DNA from: an uncultured Gammaproteobacteria bacterium
GTDB lineage: Bacteria; Patescibacteriota; Microgenomatia; Levybacterales; GWA1-39-11
NCBI GenBank assembly: GCA_964409875.1
Contig: CAYPEN010000002.1
Location: forward strand, 274,630-338,629
Reading direction: 5' to 3'
Length of the DNA stretch: 64,000 bases
In this document: one piece after another, positions 18,751-28,581 of the stretch
Layout: every line of letters starts with the position of its first letter
Numbering within the stretch: the stretch's first letter is position 1
Made by a program: the position numbers and the translations under genes
The notes under the pieces: generated by a model
The model's database searches: none
The model's input: only the letters and a program-made list of their open reading frames with translations
Told to the model about the DNA's origin: nothing

Positions 18751-18899
18751 ACGTATTTATAATACCATAGTAGCAATCTACCCACAATTTCGTACGCCTC
18801 ATAAATCCATCTCAAGACGCTTCCTTTTGAGCTTAAGTTTGATATAATGATACAACTTTGTAAGGGGCAGGTAGGGAAGCGGTATGGTGAAAATGGTTG

Positions 18900-19078
18900 G
18901 GAGGAGTCGCATGAAATCTCTTTGAGATGTTCTACGACTCTTAGATAAGAAATAAAGGAGGAGTCGCATGAGAAATCTCTTTGAGATGTTCTACGACTCT
19001 TAGATAAGAAACCAAGGAGGAGTCGCATAAGAACCTGGCATAAGACCAGAACCTTGTACGATCCTATTCGTTACACTC
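18900..19078 (+). repeat. Array of three hairpin units, each starting with the first 13 nt of tRNA-Ser(GCU)
   Basis: GGAGGAGTCGCAT at 18900, 18957, 19016 and at the tRNA start 19079. Confidence 0.92.
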
Positions 19079-19169
19079 GGAGGAGTCGCATAGTTGGCCC
19101 ATTGCGGGGGGTTGCTAACCCCCTGAGCTCTTAAACAAGCTCGCGCAGGTTCGAATCCTGTCTCCTCCG
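19079..19169 (+). tRNA. tRNA-Ser (anticodon GCU)
   Basis: GGAGGAG/CTCCTCC acceptor with G73, GGGGG-TTGCTAA-CCCCC anticodon arm, long variable arm, GCAGG-TTCGAAT-CCTGT. Confidence 0.95.
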
Positions 19170-19171
19170 CA

Positions 19172-19230
19172 TGAGTTTGAGTCGACAGGATTTGCTGTTT
19201 ATCAACAGAACGTCTCCTGTCTCCTCCGCA
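19172..19230 (+). repeat. Hairpin unit ending in a 16-nt duplicate of the tRNA-Ser(GCU) 3' end
   Basis: TCCTGTCTCCTCCGCA at 19156-19171 and 19215-19230; antisense GACAGGA at 19184-19190. Confidence 0.85.
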
Positions 19231-19233
19231 CGC

Positions 19234-20835
19234 ATGAAGCGGATATTCCTACAGACATACGCATTCTTACTTTTCATTTTTCTTGTAGCTATTTTTTTCC
19301 GTCCGGTAACTGCAATCAATGACGATTTGGGGCGGCACATCCTTCTGGGGAATATAATACTTGCCAGTCACGCTGTCCCCTCCATAAATCTCTTGTCGTA
19401 CACGTTCTCCGGTTTTTCATTTATCAATACGACTTGGTTATACGAAGTGATTTCCGCACTTATTGTAAAAAGTTTTGGATTGAATGGCTTGCTTTTTGTA
19501 AGCTGCATTGCTGCAGTAAGCGCTTGTATGTATCAATTTCGTTATGTTGCTTCCCGTTTTCCGAAAATCTCTGTTGTTGCTATATCTACTCTTTTCTTGT
19601 TGCTTTTAAGTTTTCGTACGGACGTGCGTCCTGAAATCTTTAGCATGCTTTTTCTGTCGGTATTTACTGTTTCACTTTATCGGTATTTCGAAAAACCCAC
19701 ACGAAAAATTTTTTTTCTCATTCCCCTCGAAGCATTATGGGTAAATATGCATATTTATTTTTTTGCAGGTCCCCTTATTCTTGCAGTATTTATAATAGGA
19801 AGCTTTGATGGGAAATTGACGAAAAAAACAAAAGAACTGTTGATGGTTTTTGCCGGTGTTATAGCAATAACCCTTCTTAATCCAAATGGCATCAAGGGAG
19901 CTCTGTTTCCGCTGGTCGTTCTTCAGAATTATGGATTTCCCGTTGTTGAGAACCAAACAATTTTTACACTTTTTCGGATATATCAAAATCCTGCAATTTT
20001 CCTTCCATTAATAAGTATATTTTTGGTGGTGTTATTGATGTTTTTGGGAAGAACGAATGTGACAAGAAGGGACGTACTGCTTGTCACATGCTTTGGAATG
20101 CTTGCTCTTCTCAATTTTAGAAACGTCCTTCTTTTTATATTTACAACCTTTATATTTTCAGTTTCCCAACTGGATTTCGTTTTAAAAATATATAAAAAGC
20201 GAATTAAAAAATTCCCCCGAAATTCTTTTATAAGTCTGTACCCTTTAAGCCTCTTTTTTGTCGTGGTTTTAATTCTAAAATCCGTCAGTACTCATGGAGT
20301 TGGTTTTGGGGTGGTTGAGTACGGAAGGGAGAGTGTAAATTTTTTGCTGCAAAATAAAATTTCCGGTCCGATATATAACGATTTTAATATTGGAGGGTAT
20401 CTCTCATCCAGAATGTATCCGCAAAAAGTATTTGTAGACAATAGACCTGAAGCCTATCCAAAGAAATTTTTTACAGACTTTTATTTGCCGATGCAGAAAA
20501 ACCCGAAACTTTTTGAAACGTTGGATAGCAAATATAACTTCAATGCGATTATTGTTTCCCACTATGATGGGACAAATTACCCAAATCCATTGCTTCGGTA
20601 TTTTGCTCAAAACCCGCAATTTTCAATAGTATATTTAGACGGTTACGCAATGGTTTTGGTGAGAAATTCTCCAGACAACAAACAATTCATCGATAAACAT
20701 CAAATAAGAAAGGATACGTTGAATTTCAGCACTATAGTCGACCGCCAAGCCCTGCTTCGGTATCTATTGTTTTTAGAAAAAGAAGGCTGGTCAGATAAAG
20801 AAGAGCAGGTATTAAAACAGCTGGAAAACATGTAA
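19234..20835 (+). CDS. Polytopic membrane protein, GT-C glycosyltransferase-like
   Basis: DDLGRH, RPEIFS, WVNMH, GGYL, VFVDNRPEAY; many TM helices; start at 19234 preferred. Confidence 0.75.
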   Translation: MKRIFLQTYAFLLFIFLVAIFFRPVTAINDDLGRHILLGNIILASHAVPSINLLSYTFSGFSFINTTWLYEVISALIVKSFGLNGLLFVSCIAAVSACMYQFRYVASRFPKISVVAISTLFLLLLSFRTDVRPEIFSMLFLSVFTVSLYRYFEKPTRKIFFLIPLEALWVNMHIYFFAGPLILAVFIIGSFDGKLTKKTKELLMVFAGVIAITLLNPNGIKGALFPLVVLQNYGFPVVENQTIFTLFRIYQNPAIFLPLISIFLVVLLMFLGRTNVTRRDVLLVTCFGMLALLNFRNVLLFIFTTFIFSVSQLDFVLKIYKKRIKKFPRNSFISLYPLSLFFVVVLILKSVSTHGVGFGVVEYGRESVNFLLQNKISGPIYNDFNIGGYLSSRMYPQKVFVDNRPEAYPKKFFTDFYLPMQKNPKLFETLDSKYNFNAIIVSHYDGTNYPNPLLRYFAQNPQFSIVYLDGYAMVLVRNSPDNKQFIDKHQIRKDTLNFSTIVDRQALLRYLLFLEKEGWSDKEEQVLKQLENM

Positions 20836-20884
20836 TTCGCTTCAATAAACTCCCTCGGAATGATATAATCGTTAGACCAAATTA

Positions 20885-21011
20885 TTAGGAGAGGTCGCAT
20901 GAAATTTAGCAATGCTAAATATTCTCCGACCTGTTGTGATAAAAAATTTAGGAGAGGTCGCATAACAACCTTGCTTCGCAAGAACGTTGTCCGACTCTTC
21001 TTATTGCATTA
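20885..21011 (+). repeat. Array of two hairpin units, each starting with the 5' end of tRNA-Ser(UGA)
   Basis: TTAGGAGAGGTCGCAT at 20885, 20948 and 21009 (the tRNA itself). Confidence 0.92.
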
Positions 21012-21094
21012 GGAGAGGTCGCATAGTGGTCGAGTGCAGCGGTCTTGAAAACCGCCAAGCGAAAGCTTCGAGGGTTCGAATCCCTCCCTCTCCG
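21012..21094 (+). tRNA. tRNA-Ser (anticodon UGA)
   Basis: GGAGAGG/CCTCTCC acceptor with G73, GCGGT-CTTGAAA-ACCGC anticodon arm, variable arm AAGC-GAAA-GCTT, GAGGG-TTCGAAT-CCCTC. Confidence 0.95.
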
Positions 21095-21158
21095 CACCTT
21101 CATATTCCCTCCCGTCATTCCTCTTGTGTTTTTCCCATTTTTCTTTTACAGTTGATAT

Positions 21159-21647
21159 ATGAGGCTAAAAATTACGAGAACAGAATTTCCTTTGCTTGTT
21201 TTTTCAATTCTCCTGCCGCAGCTTGTAGGGACCGTTGGCGCTTTTTTTACCTTTTCATCAATTGCCAGTTGGTATATGTATTTGGAAAAACCCGGGTTTA
21301 CTCCCCCCGATTGGGTTTTCGGTCCGGTGTGGTCGACACTCTATATTTTGATGGGTATATCGCTTTTTTTGGTAGTAAGACATTCTATGAATGGGAAAAA
21401 TATCCGTGCGGTACAGATATTTTTTCTACAACTTTTTTTAAACCTTCTTTGGTCGATAGTCTTTTTTGGCTCCCACTCAATAGGTGGTGGATTGGTAGTC
21501 ATTATTGTCATGTGGTTTCTTATTGTTATAACAATTCTTAAATTTGCAAAACATTCAGGTTATGCGGCGCTCCTTCTCCTCCCGTATCTTGCTTGGGTTA
21601 CTTTTGCGACCTATCTTAACTTTGTCATCTTCATGCTTAATTCATGA
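21159..21647 (+). CDS. tspO: TspO/MBR tryptophan-rich sensory protein
   Basis: WY..LEKP.FTPP.WVFGPVW, LNLLWS.VFF, PYLAWV.FA. Confidence 0.95.
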   Translation: MRLKITRTEFPLLVFSILLPQLVGTVGAFFTFSSIASWYMYLEKPGFTPPDWVFGPVWSTLYILMGISLFLVVRHSMNGKNIRAVQIFFLQLFLNLLWSIVFFGSHSIGGGLVVIIVMWFLIVITILKFAKHSGYAALLLLPYLAWVTFATYLNFVIFMLNS

Positions 21648-22849
21648 AGACTAACCGGATCCAATACACACAGGTATATTCCTGCCTTCTCTTTTTATTA
21701 TTTGTATTGTGGTTAGCAATTTCTATACTGCATGGAATTGTTACTTTACCTACTGAAGGTGACAGCGTAAATTTACATATCCCTCTTGCCAAGTCTTTGT
21801 TTAGTAGTCGAATGTTCCACCCTAATCCTCAAGACATCCTTTACCCTGCGGCAATAGAATCTCTATTATTTGTGTTTATAAAATTAAATTTGCCGCTTAA
21901 TCTTTTCAATCTCTGCGGTGTAATAGGTTTATTCATTGGTTCTTTTTTGTTGGGTAGACGATTAAAGTTTGATTCGTCAATGTCCGTTGCATTTGCCACT
22001 TCTGTGGTTTTGCTTCACGGTATTGTGAGGTGGTCTCAAACACAAAAACCTGATATTTGGATGCTCGTTTTTTTCGTATTATTGCTTTGGGGTTTGTTGA
22101 AAGAAAAAAAAGGGCTATGGGACTATCTTCTTCTTGGCATATTTTCTGGTTTTTTTGTAGGTGCAAAATTTACAGCTCCGGTTTTTTTCCTTATAACGCT
22201 TTTTATATTCCGTAAAAATTTTTTTTCATCTATAACCTTATATAAAGGTCTAATATTTTTCCTCCCCCTCTTTGTAATAGGATGTTTTTGGTATATCAGA
22301 AACTATTTCTTTATAGGGAGCCCGGTGTATCTTGAGGGTTACTCATTTATTTCAGGAAAAACAATAACTCCGCTAACAGATCATGCATGGAGGGGATATA
22401 TATTTTTCCCACATCTGGTCTTGAATGCATACATTTCTGAATACTTAATATGGGGGTTCGGTCTTATATTTATTCCTATTTGGCTTTTTTATCGTAAGAA
22501 TGTAAAGGGCCGGTCATTCATTTTCCGTTATTTCTTTATTGCAATTGCTGTTTTATTTATTTCATTCATTTTACCTTTTTGGAGTACTTACTCACAAATT
22601 GTAGGAACAATGAGATACACATTCCCTATGTCTTTTTTGATTATTCTTTGTATGTATATGATTGCCAAAAAGGAAAAAAAGGAGGTTGTTTTGATGCAAG
22701 TTTCTCTGGTTGTTTGCATTATCTCAATATACCCGGATTACCACCCAAAGCTAATATTTGTTTTTGTACCATTAGTAATACTCTATTATTATAGGTATTC
22801 AATATTTAAACTCGTAAGAACTAAGATAAGAGCCTTGAATTTTCTCTAA
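21644..22849 (+). CDS. Polytopic membrane protein, GT-C-like
   Basis: DSVNLHIPLA, YP, K.D, GAKF, WYIRN...GSP. Confidence 0.7.
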   Translation: MKTNRIQYTQVYSCLLFLLFVLWLAISILHGIVTLPTEGDSVNLHIPLAKSLFSSRMFHPNPQDILYPAAIESLLFVFIKLNLPLNLFNLCGVIGLFIGSFLLGRRLKFDSSMSVAFATSVVLLHGIVRWSQTQKPDIWMLVFFVLLLWGLLKEKKGLWDYLLLGIFSGFFVGAKFTAPVFFLITLFIFRKNFFSSITLYKGLIFFLPLFVIGCFWYIRNYFFIGSPVYLEGYSFISGKTITPLTDHAWRGYIFFPHLVLNAYISEYLIWGFGLIFIPIWLFYRKNVKGRSFIFRYFFIAIAVLFISFILPFWSTYSQIVGTMRYTFPMSFLIILCMYMIAKKEKKEVVLMQVSLVVCIISIYPDYHPKLIFVFVPLVILYYYRYSIFKLVRTKIRALNFL

Positions 22850-22873
22850 AAAAAGTCTATTCTTAACCTCCTC

Positions 22874-24298
22874 ATGACTTTTGATAATCTTGCGATTCTT
22901 GATGTTGAAACGACTGGGGCAACTGCCTCATACGACCGTATTATTGAAATAGGTCTTCTGAGAATTGAAAATGGAAAAGTAGTCAAAAAGCTCGATACGC
23001 TCCTCAATCCTGAAGTTACTCTTTCTCCCTTTATTGAAGGGCTTACCGGAATTGCCAGCCGGGATTTGGAAAGTGCACCGCTTTTTTCTGACATCAAAAA
23101 TGAGATTGTTGAGATACTTGACGGATGTGTTTTTGTGGCACATAACGCAAGGTTCGATTATTCATTTGTACGGCAGGAGTTAAGACGCATTGGGATTCCC
23201 TATTCTGCAAAACAGCTATGTACCGTCAAATTATCGCGCCTTCTCTATCCTTCTTTTTCACATCACAATTTGGACAGCATTATAGAGCGGTTTGAAATTG
23301 AGTGCAAGAGAAGGCACCGGGCATATGATGACGCATTCGTATTGTGGGAGTTTTTAAATAAATTAGAAGATAGTATAGGGGAGGAAAAATTAGAAAAAGC
23401 GTTTAAGACAATTCTTAAAAAACCCTCTCTTCCCCCTCTTCTTAAAAATAAAGATATTGATGGGTTGCCGGAGCAGGCAGGAGTTTATATGTTTTTTGGA
23501 AAAAGTGAAATACCTTTATATATAGGAAAGAGCATCAATATAAAAGAGCGCGTACTTTCGCATTTTATCAATGACACCGATTCATCAACAGAACTTGAAA
23601 TCAGTCAGCAAGTCGAGCGCATCGAAACGGTTAAAACAGCAGGCGAATTATCCGCCCTACTTCTTGAGTCTGAGCTCATCAAGAAATTACAGCCTATATA
23701 TAATAGGAAGCTACGCTACGCCAGAAAGCTGACTTATCTTAAAAAGCACACTACTCCCGACGGGTATTTTACAGTTGAGTTGCGTCATGGAGAGGAAATA
23801 AAAGCCGATGAGTTGGAAGAGGTATTGGGGATTTTCAAAAGTAAGAAATCTGCCAAAGAACATTTGGCGCATCTGGTCAAAGAGCATTCCCTCTGCGAAA
23901 ATCTTTTGGGTTTACAAAAAACAATAAAGCCATGTTTTTCCTACCGGCTTGGGTGGTGCAAAGGGGCATGTGCAAAAAAAGAAAAGTCCGCGCTGTATAA
24001 CGCACGGTTTATTTTGGCATTTGGCAAAACAAAGTTGCGCGCCTGGCCATTTTCAGGACCCATTGTTATAAAAGAGAAAAGCGAAGACATTGAGGAGGGG
24101 TTAGTTTTTGACAAGTGGTGTTACTTGGGAAAATATTCTGAAGTTATGTATGAAGAGACTCCTGATGCAATTGCTGTTTCGGACTTTGATGTCTATAAAA
24201 TATTAACGTCGTTTTTAAAGGACCCAACTAATCACAAGAAAATTACAACATTAAAGAATTCAAAAGTATTACAAAACACCACAACTCCATTTATATAA
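22874..24298 (+). CDS. DEDDh 3'-5' exonuclease fused to a GIY-YIG (UvrC/Cho-like) nuclease
   Basis: DVETTG, AHNARFD, HRAYDDA; GVY..LYIGKS..RV.SHF. Confidence 0.92.
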   Translation: MTFDNLAILDVETTGATASYDRIIEIGLLRIENGKVVKKLDTLLNPEVTLSPFIEGLTGIASRDLESAPLFSDIKNEIVEILDGCVFVAHNARFDYSFVRQELRRIGIPYSAKQLCTVKLSRLLYPSFSHHNLDSIIERFEIECKRRHRAYDDAFVLWEFLNKLEDSIGEEKLEKAFKTILKKPSLPPLLKNKDIDGLPEQAGVYMFFGKSEIPLYIGKSINIKERVLSHFINDTDSSTELEISQQVERIETVKTAGELSALLLESELIKKLQPIYNRKLRYARKLTYLKKHTTPDGYFTVELRHGEEIKADELEEVLGIFKSKKSAKEHLAHLVKEHSLCENLLGLQKTIKPCFSYRLGWCKGACAKKEKSALYNARFILAFGKTKLRAWPFSGPIVIKEKSEDIEEGLVFDKWCYLGKYSEVMYEETPDAIAVSDFDVYKILTSFLKDPTNHKKITTLKNSKVLQNTTTPFI

Positions 24299-24345
24299 TA
24301 TTGTTTCGCTTTACATCTCAAGTACTCTTTGCTTAACTAAATAAT

Positions 24346-25341
24346 ATGGGGGAAGATGAAAACATATCAAGTGAAGTAACGCAGGAAGACAAAACAAAAG
24401 TTCAAGAAGTACCGGAACTGCCACAGGCTCCTACGGACATTCAAATTAAGTCCGAGCAGGAATCTGCAGAAACATCAACTCCTCTTGAAGATAACGAAGG
24501 GTTAAAAACAGAGGAAGAGAAAGATGCTGAAATTGAAACACTTGTTCAAGATGCTAATGTGATAATTCACGAATATTTTGATGTTGCGACGGGTAGAGTA
24601 AAAGATCTCGATAGTGCTATTGCGGAGGTAGGAAGGAGTGGGAGTTCTTTAGGAGATGCTTTAGAAAAAGTCACGGGTACGTTGCGCGAGTTGGAAGACC
24701 GCCGCATGAGAGGAGAGCGATGTGATTTGATCATCGAAGACTTGCATCAATTAAAAAGGAGACTTGAAAATGCAAAGGAAACAGTAATTCACGACCATGT
24801 CATCCGGGGCGCAAAAGATTTCTCAAATATTGTTCATGGTGATGAGTCTTCGTGGAAAAATAGAGGAGGAACGGAAGCATTCTTGACCGGCTTGCGGGAA
24901 GCTGCTTTATTGGAAGACCCCTCAGCCAAAAGCGCAGCGCTCGGTGCCTTAAAAGAGCAGATAGAGGTGCTTGGGGGAAAGACATCATTTGATGCAAAAA
25001 ACCTTGCGGTAGCGACCGACCTTTTTGTGCGGGAGGTAGGAGAGGAACTCTTAAGAGGGGTTAGTTTAGGGTTTGATATCGATAGCAATGTAAGCCGGTT
25101 GCCGGAGGCAGGTAGGATGAGACGGAGTTTAAATGATGCAATGGAGCAGGCGCAACATACACAACGGCACCTCGGAGAAATTTTAAGGGATACCCCTTCA
25201 GATTATTATGCAATCGCTCGGGCCGGTGAAAGATTAATGTATGAAATGGAAGGAGTACTGATGGCCGCAGAACATCTTGGTGGTGATAAAACGGAGCGAA
25301 ATAATCCACAAGATAACAACTCTTCTTCCGGCAATTTGTAG
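24346..25341 (+). CDS. Hypothetical helical protein
   Basis: 331 aa ORF with acidic N-terminus. Confidence 0.7.
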   Translation: MGEDENISSEVTQEDKTKVQEVPELPQAPTDIQIKSEQESAETSTPLEDNEGLKTEEEKDAEIETLVQDANVIIHEYFDVATGRVKDLDSAIAEVGRSGSSLGDALEKVTGTLRELEDRRMRGERCDLIIEDLHQLKRRLENAKETVIHDHVIRGAKDFSNIVHGDESSWKNRGGTEAFLTGLREAALLEDPSAKSAALGALKEQIEVLGGKTSFDAKNLAVATDLFVREVGEELLRGVSLGFDIDSNVSRLPEAGRMRRSLNDAMEQAQHTQRHLGEILRDTPSDYYAIARAGERLMYEMEGVLMAAEHLGGDKTERNNPQDNNSSSGNL

Positions 25342-25346
25342 CTGCT

Positions 25347-25877
25347 TTACAATACGTTGTATTTCAGAAGAAGCGTTCCATTTTCATTTAATTTTTCTGA
25401 GGAAATAAGTTTTAACGAAATCAATTGTTCCTCTTCGCCGACCAGACCGTTTCCAATGCCTAGAATTTTTGGTTCAAGAGTTTGCCATACTTCTGTCACT
25501 AATTTTTCTTTGAAGAATTCGGTGTTGGTATGGGCACCTCCGACAAGATATCCTTCTGTGTATCCTTGGGACTCCAGTCGTTTTATAAGTTCCGTTGGGT
25601 TTTCATTTGAAAATTCCAACTTCCCGGGAATTTTTTCGTTTTCATATTTTGACGGGTCGCGGGTTACGACAACTCGAAGCCGTCCATCTTTGTGTTGTAT
25701 GCCTCCTCTAGCTGCCTCATAGGTGGAGGAACCCATGATAAGAAGCTTTGCATTCTCAACTACATTTTGGAAATGCTTTTGGTCCTCGGCAGATGTCCAG
25801 TAGTGGATATCAGTCCCGTGCCCTTTTTGTGTCGACCTCCCATCAAGAGAGGTAACCATGACAAGAATTAGTTTCAT
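25347..25877 (-). CDS. Dihydrofolate reductase / RibD C-terminal family protein
   Basis: MVTSLDG, MGSSTY, LVGG, EPKILGIG. Confidence 0.85.
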   Translation of the reverse strand: MKLILVMVTSLDGRSTQKGHGTDIHYWTSAEDQKHFQNVVENAKLLIMGSSTYEAARGGIQHKDGRLRVVVTRDPSKYENEKIPGKLEFSNENPTELIKRLESQGYTEGYLVGGAHTNTEFFKEKLVTEVWQTLEPKILGIGNGLVGEEEQLISLKLISSEKLNENGTLLLKYNVL

Positions 25878-25896
25878 TGAATTATATTGAGAATAT

Positions 25897-26667
25897 TTAT
25901 ATCTTTTTACAACACACAATAATGTTATTTGGTAGCCATCTGTTAAAGAGTATATGAGATAGAATTTTTTTTAGTCTGTAATTATTTTGAAAGGCATATA
26001 GTTTTCTTATCTTTTCAATTTTAAAATTTGCTAGTTTTAGCTCAGTTTTTATTATTCTTTCTGTATATTCCCTGACATGTGAGCTTGGGTTCATGTCCAT
26101 AGTTGATAGGCCTTCATTGAGTGGGGTTGAAAGAATGAAAGTGCCATTTGGTTTCAGGCACGCTGAAATTTGTTTGTATAACTTAAAAATCTTGTGAGGA
26201 GGGATATGTTCTATGACTTCAATAGCAACTACCGTATCGACACTTCCCTTCTTAACATGTTTATTTAGATTCATAATATTATCTATGATAAATTTTCCGG
26301 TGAATTTCTGTTTTGCTCGCCTTATGGCAACCCTTGAGATATCAATACCTATAATAGTGAGGTTTATGTTCTTTATTGAAAATAGTTGTTCTAAATACGC
26401 CTGTCCTATTCCCAAATCGAGCAATGTTGCGTTGTTTCGTGGAATTAAGCTTGCAATAATTGATATTTTTTCTTTAGTCATAGAATCTTGCGTATTGAGA
26501 AACTCTTGTTCGCTAAACTTGTCGTCCCAAAACTTACCAGTGTTTAGATTCAAGTATGATTTTTCATAAGTTTTTAGAAATTCTTTTATTTCTCCGTTCT
26601 CTGCATAAAATTGTCGCTTGGTTTCCTCTCTTGCTATTTGTTTATTTAGTTTTTTATATATTGACAT
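25897..26667 (-). CDS. Class I SAM-dependent methyltransferase
   Basis: LLDLGIGQA, GIDIS, EVIEH, LKPNG.FILSTP. Confidence 0.9.
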   Translation of the reverse strand: MSIYKKLNKQIAREETKRQFYAENGEIKEFLKTYEKSYLNLNTGKFWDDKFSEQEFLNTQDSMTKEKISIIASLIPRNNATLLDLGIGQAYLEQLFSIKNINLTIIGIDISRVAIRRAKQKFTGKFIIDNIMNLNKHVKKGSVDTVVAIEVIEHIPPHKIFKLYKQISACLKPNGTFILSTPLNEGLSTMDMNPSSHVREYTERIIKTELKLANFKIEKIRKLYAFQNNYRLKKILSHILFNRWLPNNIIVCCKKI

Positions 26668-26698
26668 ATAGAAATTTTTTTGACTAAACTCAGAATAT

Positions 26699-28543
26699 AT
26701 GCTCTTAAAAATTACTGCCTTAATTTTAGCATTATATAGCTATTTCTATTTATTCTCCAGGATATCTTTTGCTAGTGTTAAATTTTCAGATGATTTCAAT
26801 TCCTATGCAGATGGACAATTTCCATCTCGGTGGATCCCAATTCATAATCCAGGTGAGCCTGCCTGTAATGCGTTGTGGAATGTAGAGGGAGGTATTCTTA
26901 AAGTAAAATTACCAAGTCATAGCCCATGCGCTGAAAATATCACACCCTTAGATAGCGCGTGGGGGCAGCTAATTGGAAATTATACGTTAGAAGCAGATGT
27001 TAGATTCATATCAGGTACAGATCATAATTTATCCTTTAGAATAGCGCCTGATGGAATTAATAATAATGAGCTTCACTTTGTGACCCCTGGCGCGGGATTT
27101 TCTATTGGTGTTTATCCGCCAATTTCTCAAAACATATATCAAAGTGATAAATTCTATACCTTCAACGAAGATTACCATATCAAAGTTGTAATTGATAATA
27201 CAAACTTAAAATTTTACACAAATGGAGATCTAACACGTGAGGTTATCTTAGAAAACCCTCTTTTATTAGGTAAAATAGCGCTTAGGATAGGTACAGGTAA
27301 TGGTTCGAATACTGAGACATGGTTCGATAATGTCAAAGTAACAACGTTAGATGATGAAAATAGTAATGATTTGGCGGTACCCTTATTAAAGCAAACTGAT
27401 CCGTTATGGGCTAATGATGTTTATGATTCCGCTAACCTGTGGTCAACGGGCGCTACGGATATTTCAAGATGGGGTTGCGCGATAACTTCTGCAACCATGG
27501 TTTTACAGTACAATAAGATAACTAAATTGCCAAGTGGTCAAGATCTGACTCCCGGAACACTCAATTCCTATCTCTTGACTACCCCCGACGGTTATATGCC
27601 AAATGGCCTTACGAATTGGCATGCAATCTCGGTTATGACAAAAAAAGCAAAAGTAAATAATCCAAATTTTGCGTTCGATGCGCTAAAGGACGATTATAAA
27701 GGAGCCAATGATTCTACAACAATAGAAAACGATTTAAGCAATGGTATGCCCGACATATTGCAAGTGAGTACCGGAAATGGTACGCACTTTGTTGTTGCCA
27801 AGGGTAAAAACGGTACGACATTTAATATCAATGATCCATTTTTTGATAAGAGTGACCTGAGTACTTATGAGAACACTTTTGCATCCGTTAAAAGATTTAT
27901 CCCGACCAATACAGATCTTTCATTTCTGATGTTTCTAGTAGATCCAAATACAGATATTATTTTGAAAGATGAGCAGGGGAATATTATTGGACAATCATCA
28001 CTAGAGAGTCCTATTGGAGATCCATTAAATGTATTGAACAATACTGTGGGTCCTTTAAAACAGGTAATATTCAGTGAGCCACCAAGCGGTAATTATAAAG
28101 TTGAGGTATCATCAACAAACCCAGCATCTTACTTCTTGCATGGTTATTTGTATGACATATATGGGAATGTAAAGATGTTTGAACAAAAAGATATTTTGGG
28201 ACAGAACGATACAGACACTTATCTAATACATTTTAATAAAGATACCATTGCTGATATAAACATAGGTCAGAATGTAACATTGACAACACTTAAGAACGAT
28301 GTTGTCGCTTTGTATTCCTTTGGACATATTAAAAAAGAATTCTATAAAGAATTATTGGAAAAAATTAAAGAAGTGGAGAAGAATCAGAACAAAAAAGGTG
28401 AAAGTTTGTACCATAAATTGAAGGAACTGAGCAAAGAAATAGGAAAAAAGAAAGGGATTGACGCCTATGCTGCAGAAATACTTTCGCATGATATTCAAGC
28501 ATTAATTAATTCATTGCCTCCTGCCAGTAGCAACGAGGATTAA
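26699..28543 (+). CDS. Secreted protein: concanavalin/DUF1080-like domain + C39-like peptidase domain
   Basis: Signal peptide; WFDNVKV; VPLLKQTDPLW, WGCAITSATM, HFVV, INDP. Confidence 0.78.
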   Translation: MLLKITALILALYSYFYLFSRISFASVKFSDDFNSYADGQFPSRWIPIHNPGEPACNALWNVEGGILKVKLPSHSPCAENITPLDSAWGQLIGNYTLEADVRFISGTDHNLSFRIAPDGINNNELHFVTPGAGFSIGVYPPISQNIYQSDKFYTFNEDYHIKVVIDNTNLKFYTNGDLTREVILENPLLLGKIALRIGTGNGSNTETWFDNVKVTTLDDENSNDLAVPLLKQTDPLWANDVYDSANLWSTGATDISRWGCAITSATMVLQYNKITKLPSGQDLTPGTLNSYLLTTPDGYMPNGLTNWHAISVMTKKAKVNNPNFAFDALKDDYKGANDSTTIENDLSNGMPDILQVSTGNGTHFVVAKGKNGTTFNINDPFFDKSDLSTYENTFASVKRFIPTNTDLSFLMFLVDPNTDIILKDEQGNIIGQSSLESPIGDPLNVLNNTVGPLKQVIFSEPPSGNYKVEVSSTNPASYFLHGYLYDIYGNVKMFEQKDILGQNDTDTYLIHFNKDTIADINIGQNVTLTTLKNDVVALYSFGHIKKEFYKELLEKIKEVEKNQNKKGESLYHKLKELSKEIGKKKGIDAYAAEILSHDIQALINSLPPASSNED

Positions 28544-28581
28544 TCCTTTAGCATTTACACACTGCTCCCCTTTTTGTCATA

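Noticed and set aside
18747-19340. ORFs 18747-19028 and 19131-19340 (minus strand), and similarly 20987-21541 and 16051-16311
   Set aside because: They overlap tRNAs, repeat arrays or better-supported genes and have no protein-like motifs
18900-21011. tRNA-upstream arrays as CRISPR arrays
   Set aside because: Repeats are only 13-16 nt and equal the tRNA 5' ends, the spacers are self-complementary and partly duplicated, and there are no cas genes in the window
21106-21113. TCCCTCCC after tRNA-Ser(UGA) as a 3'-end duplicate
   Set aside because: 8-nt low-complexity match with no antisense arm
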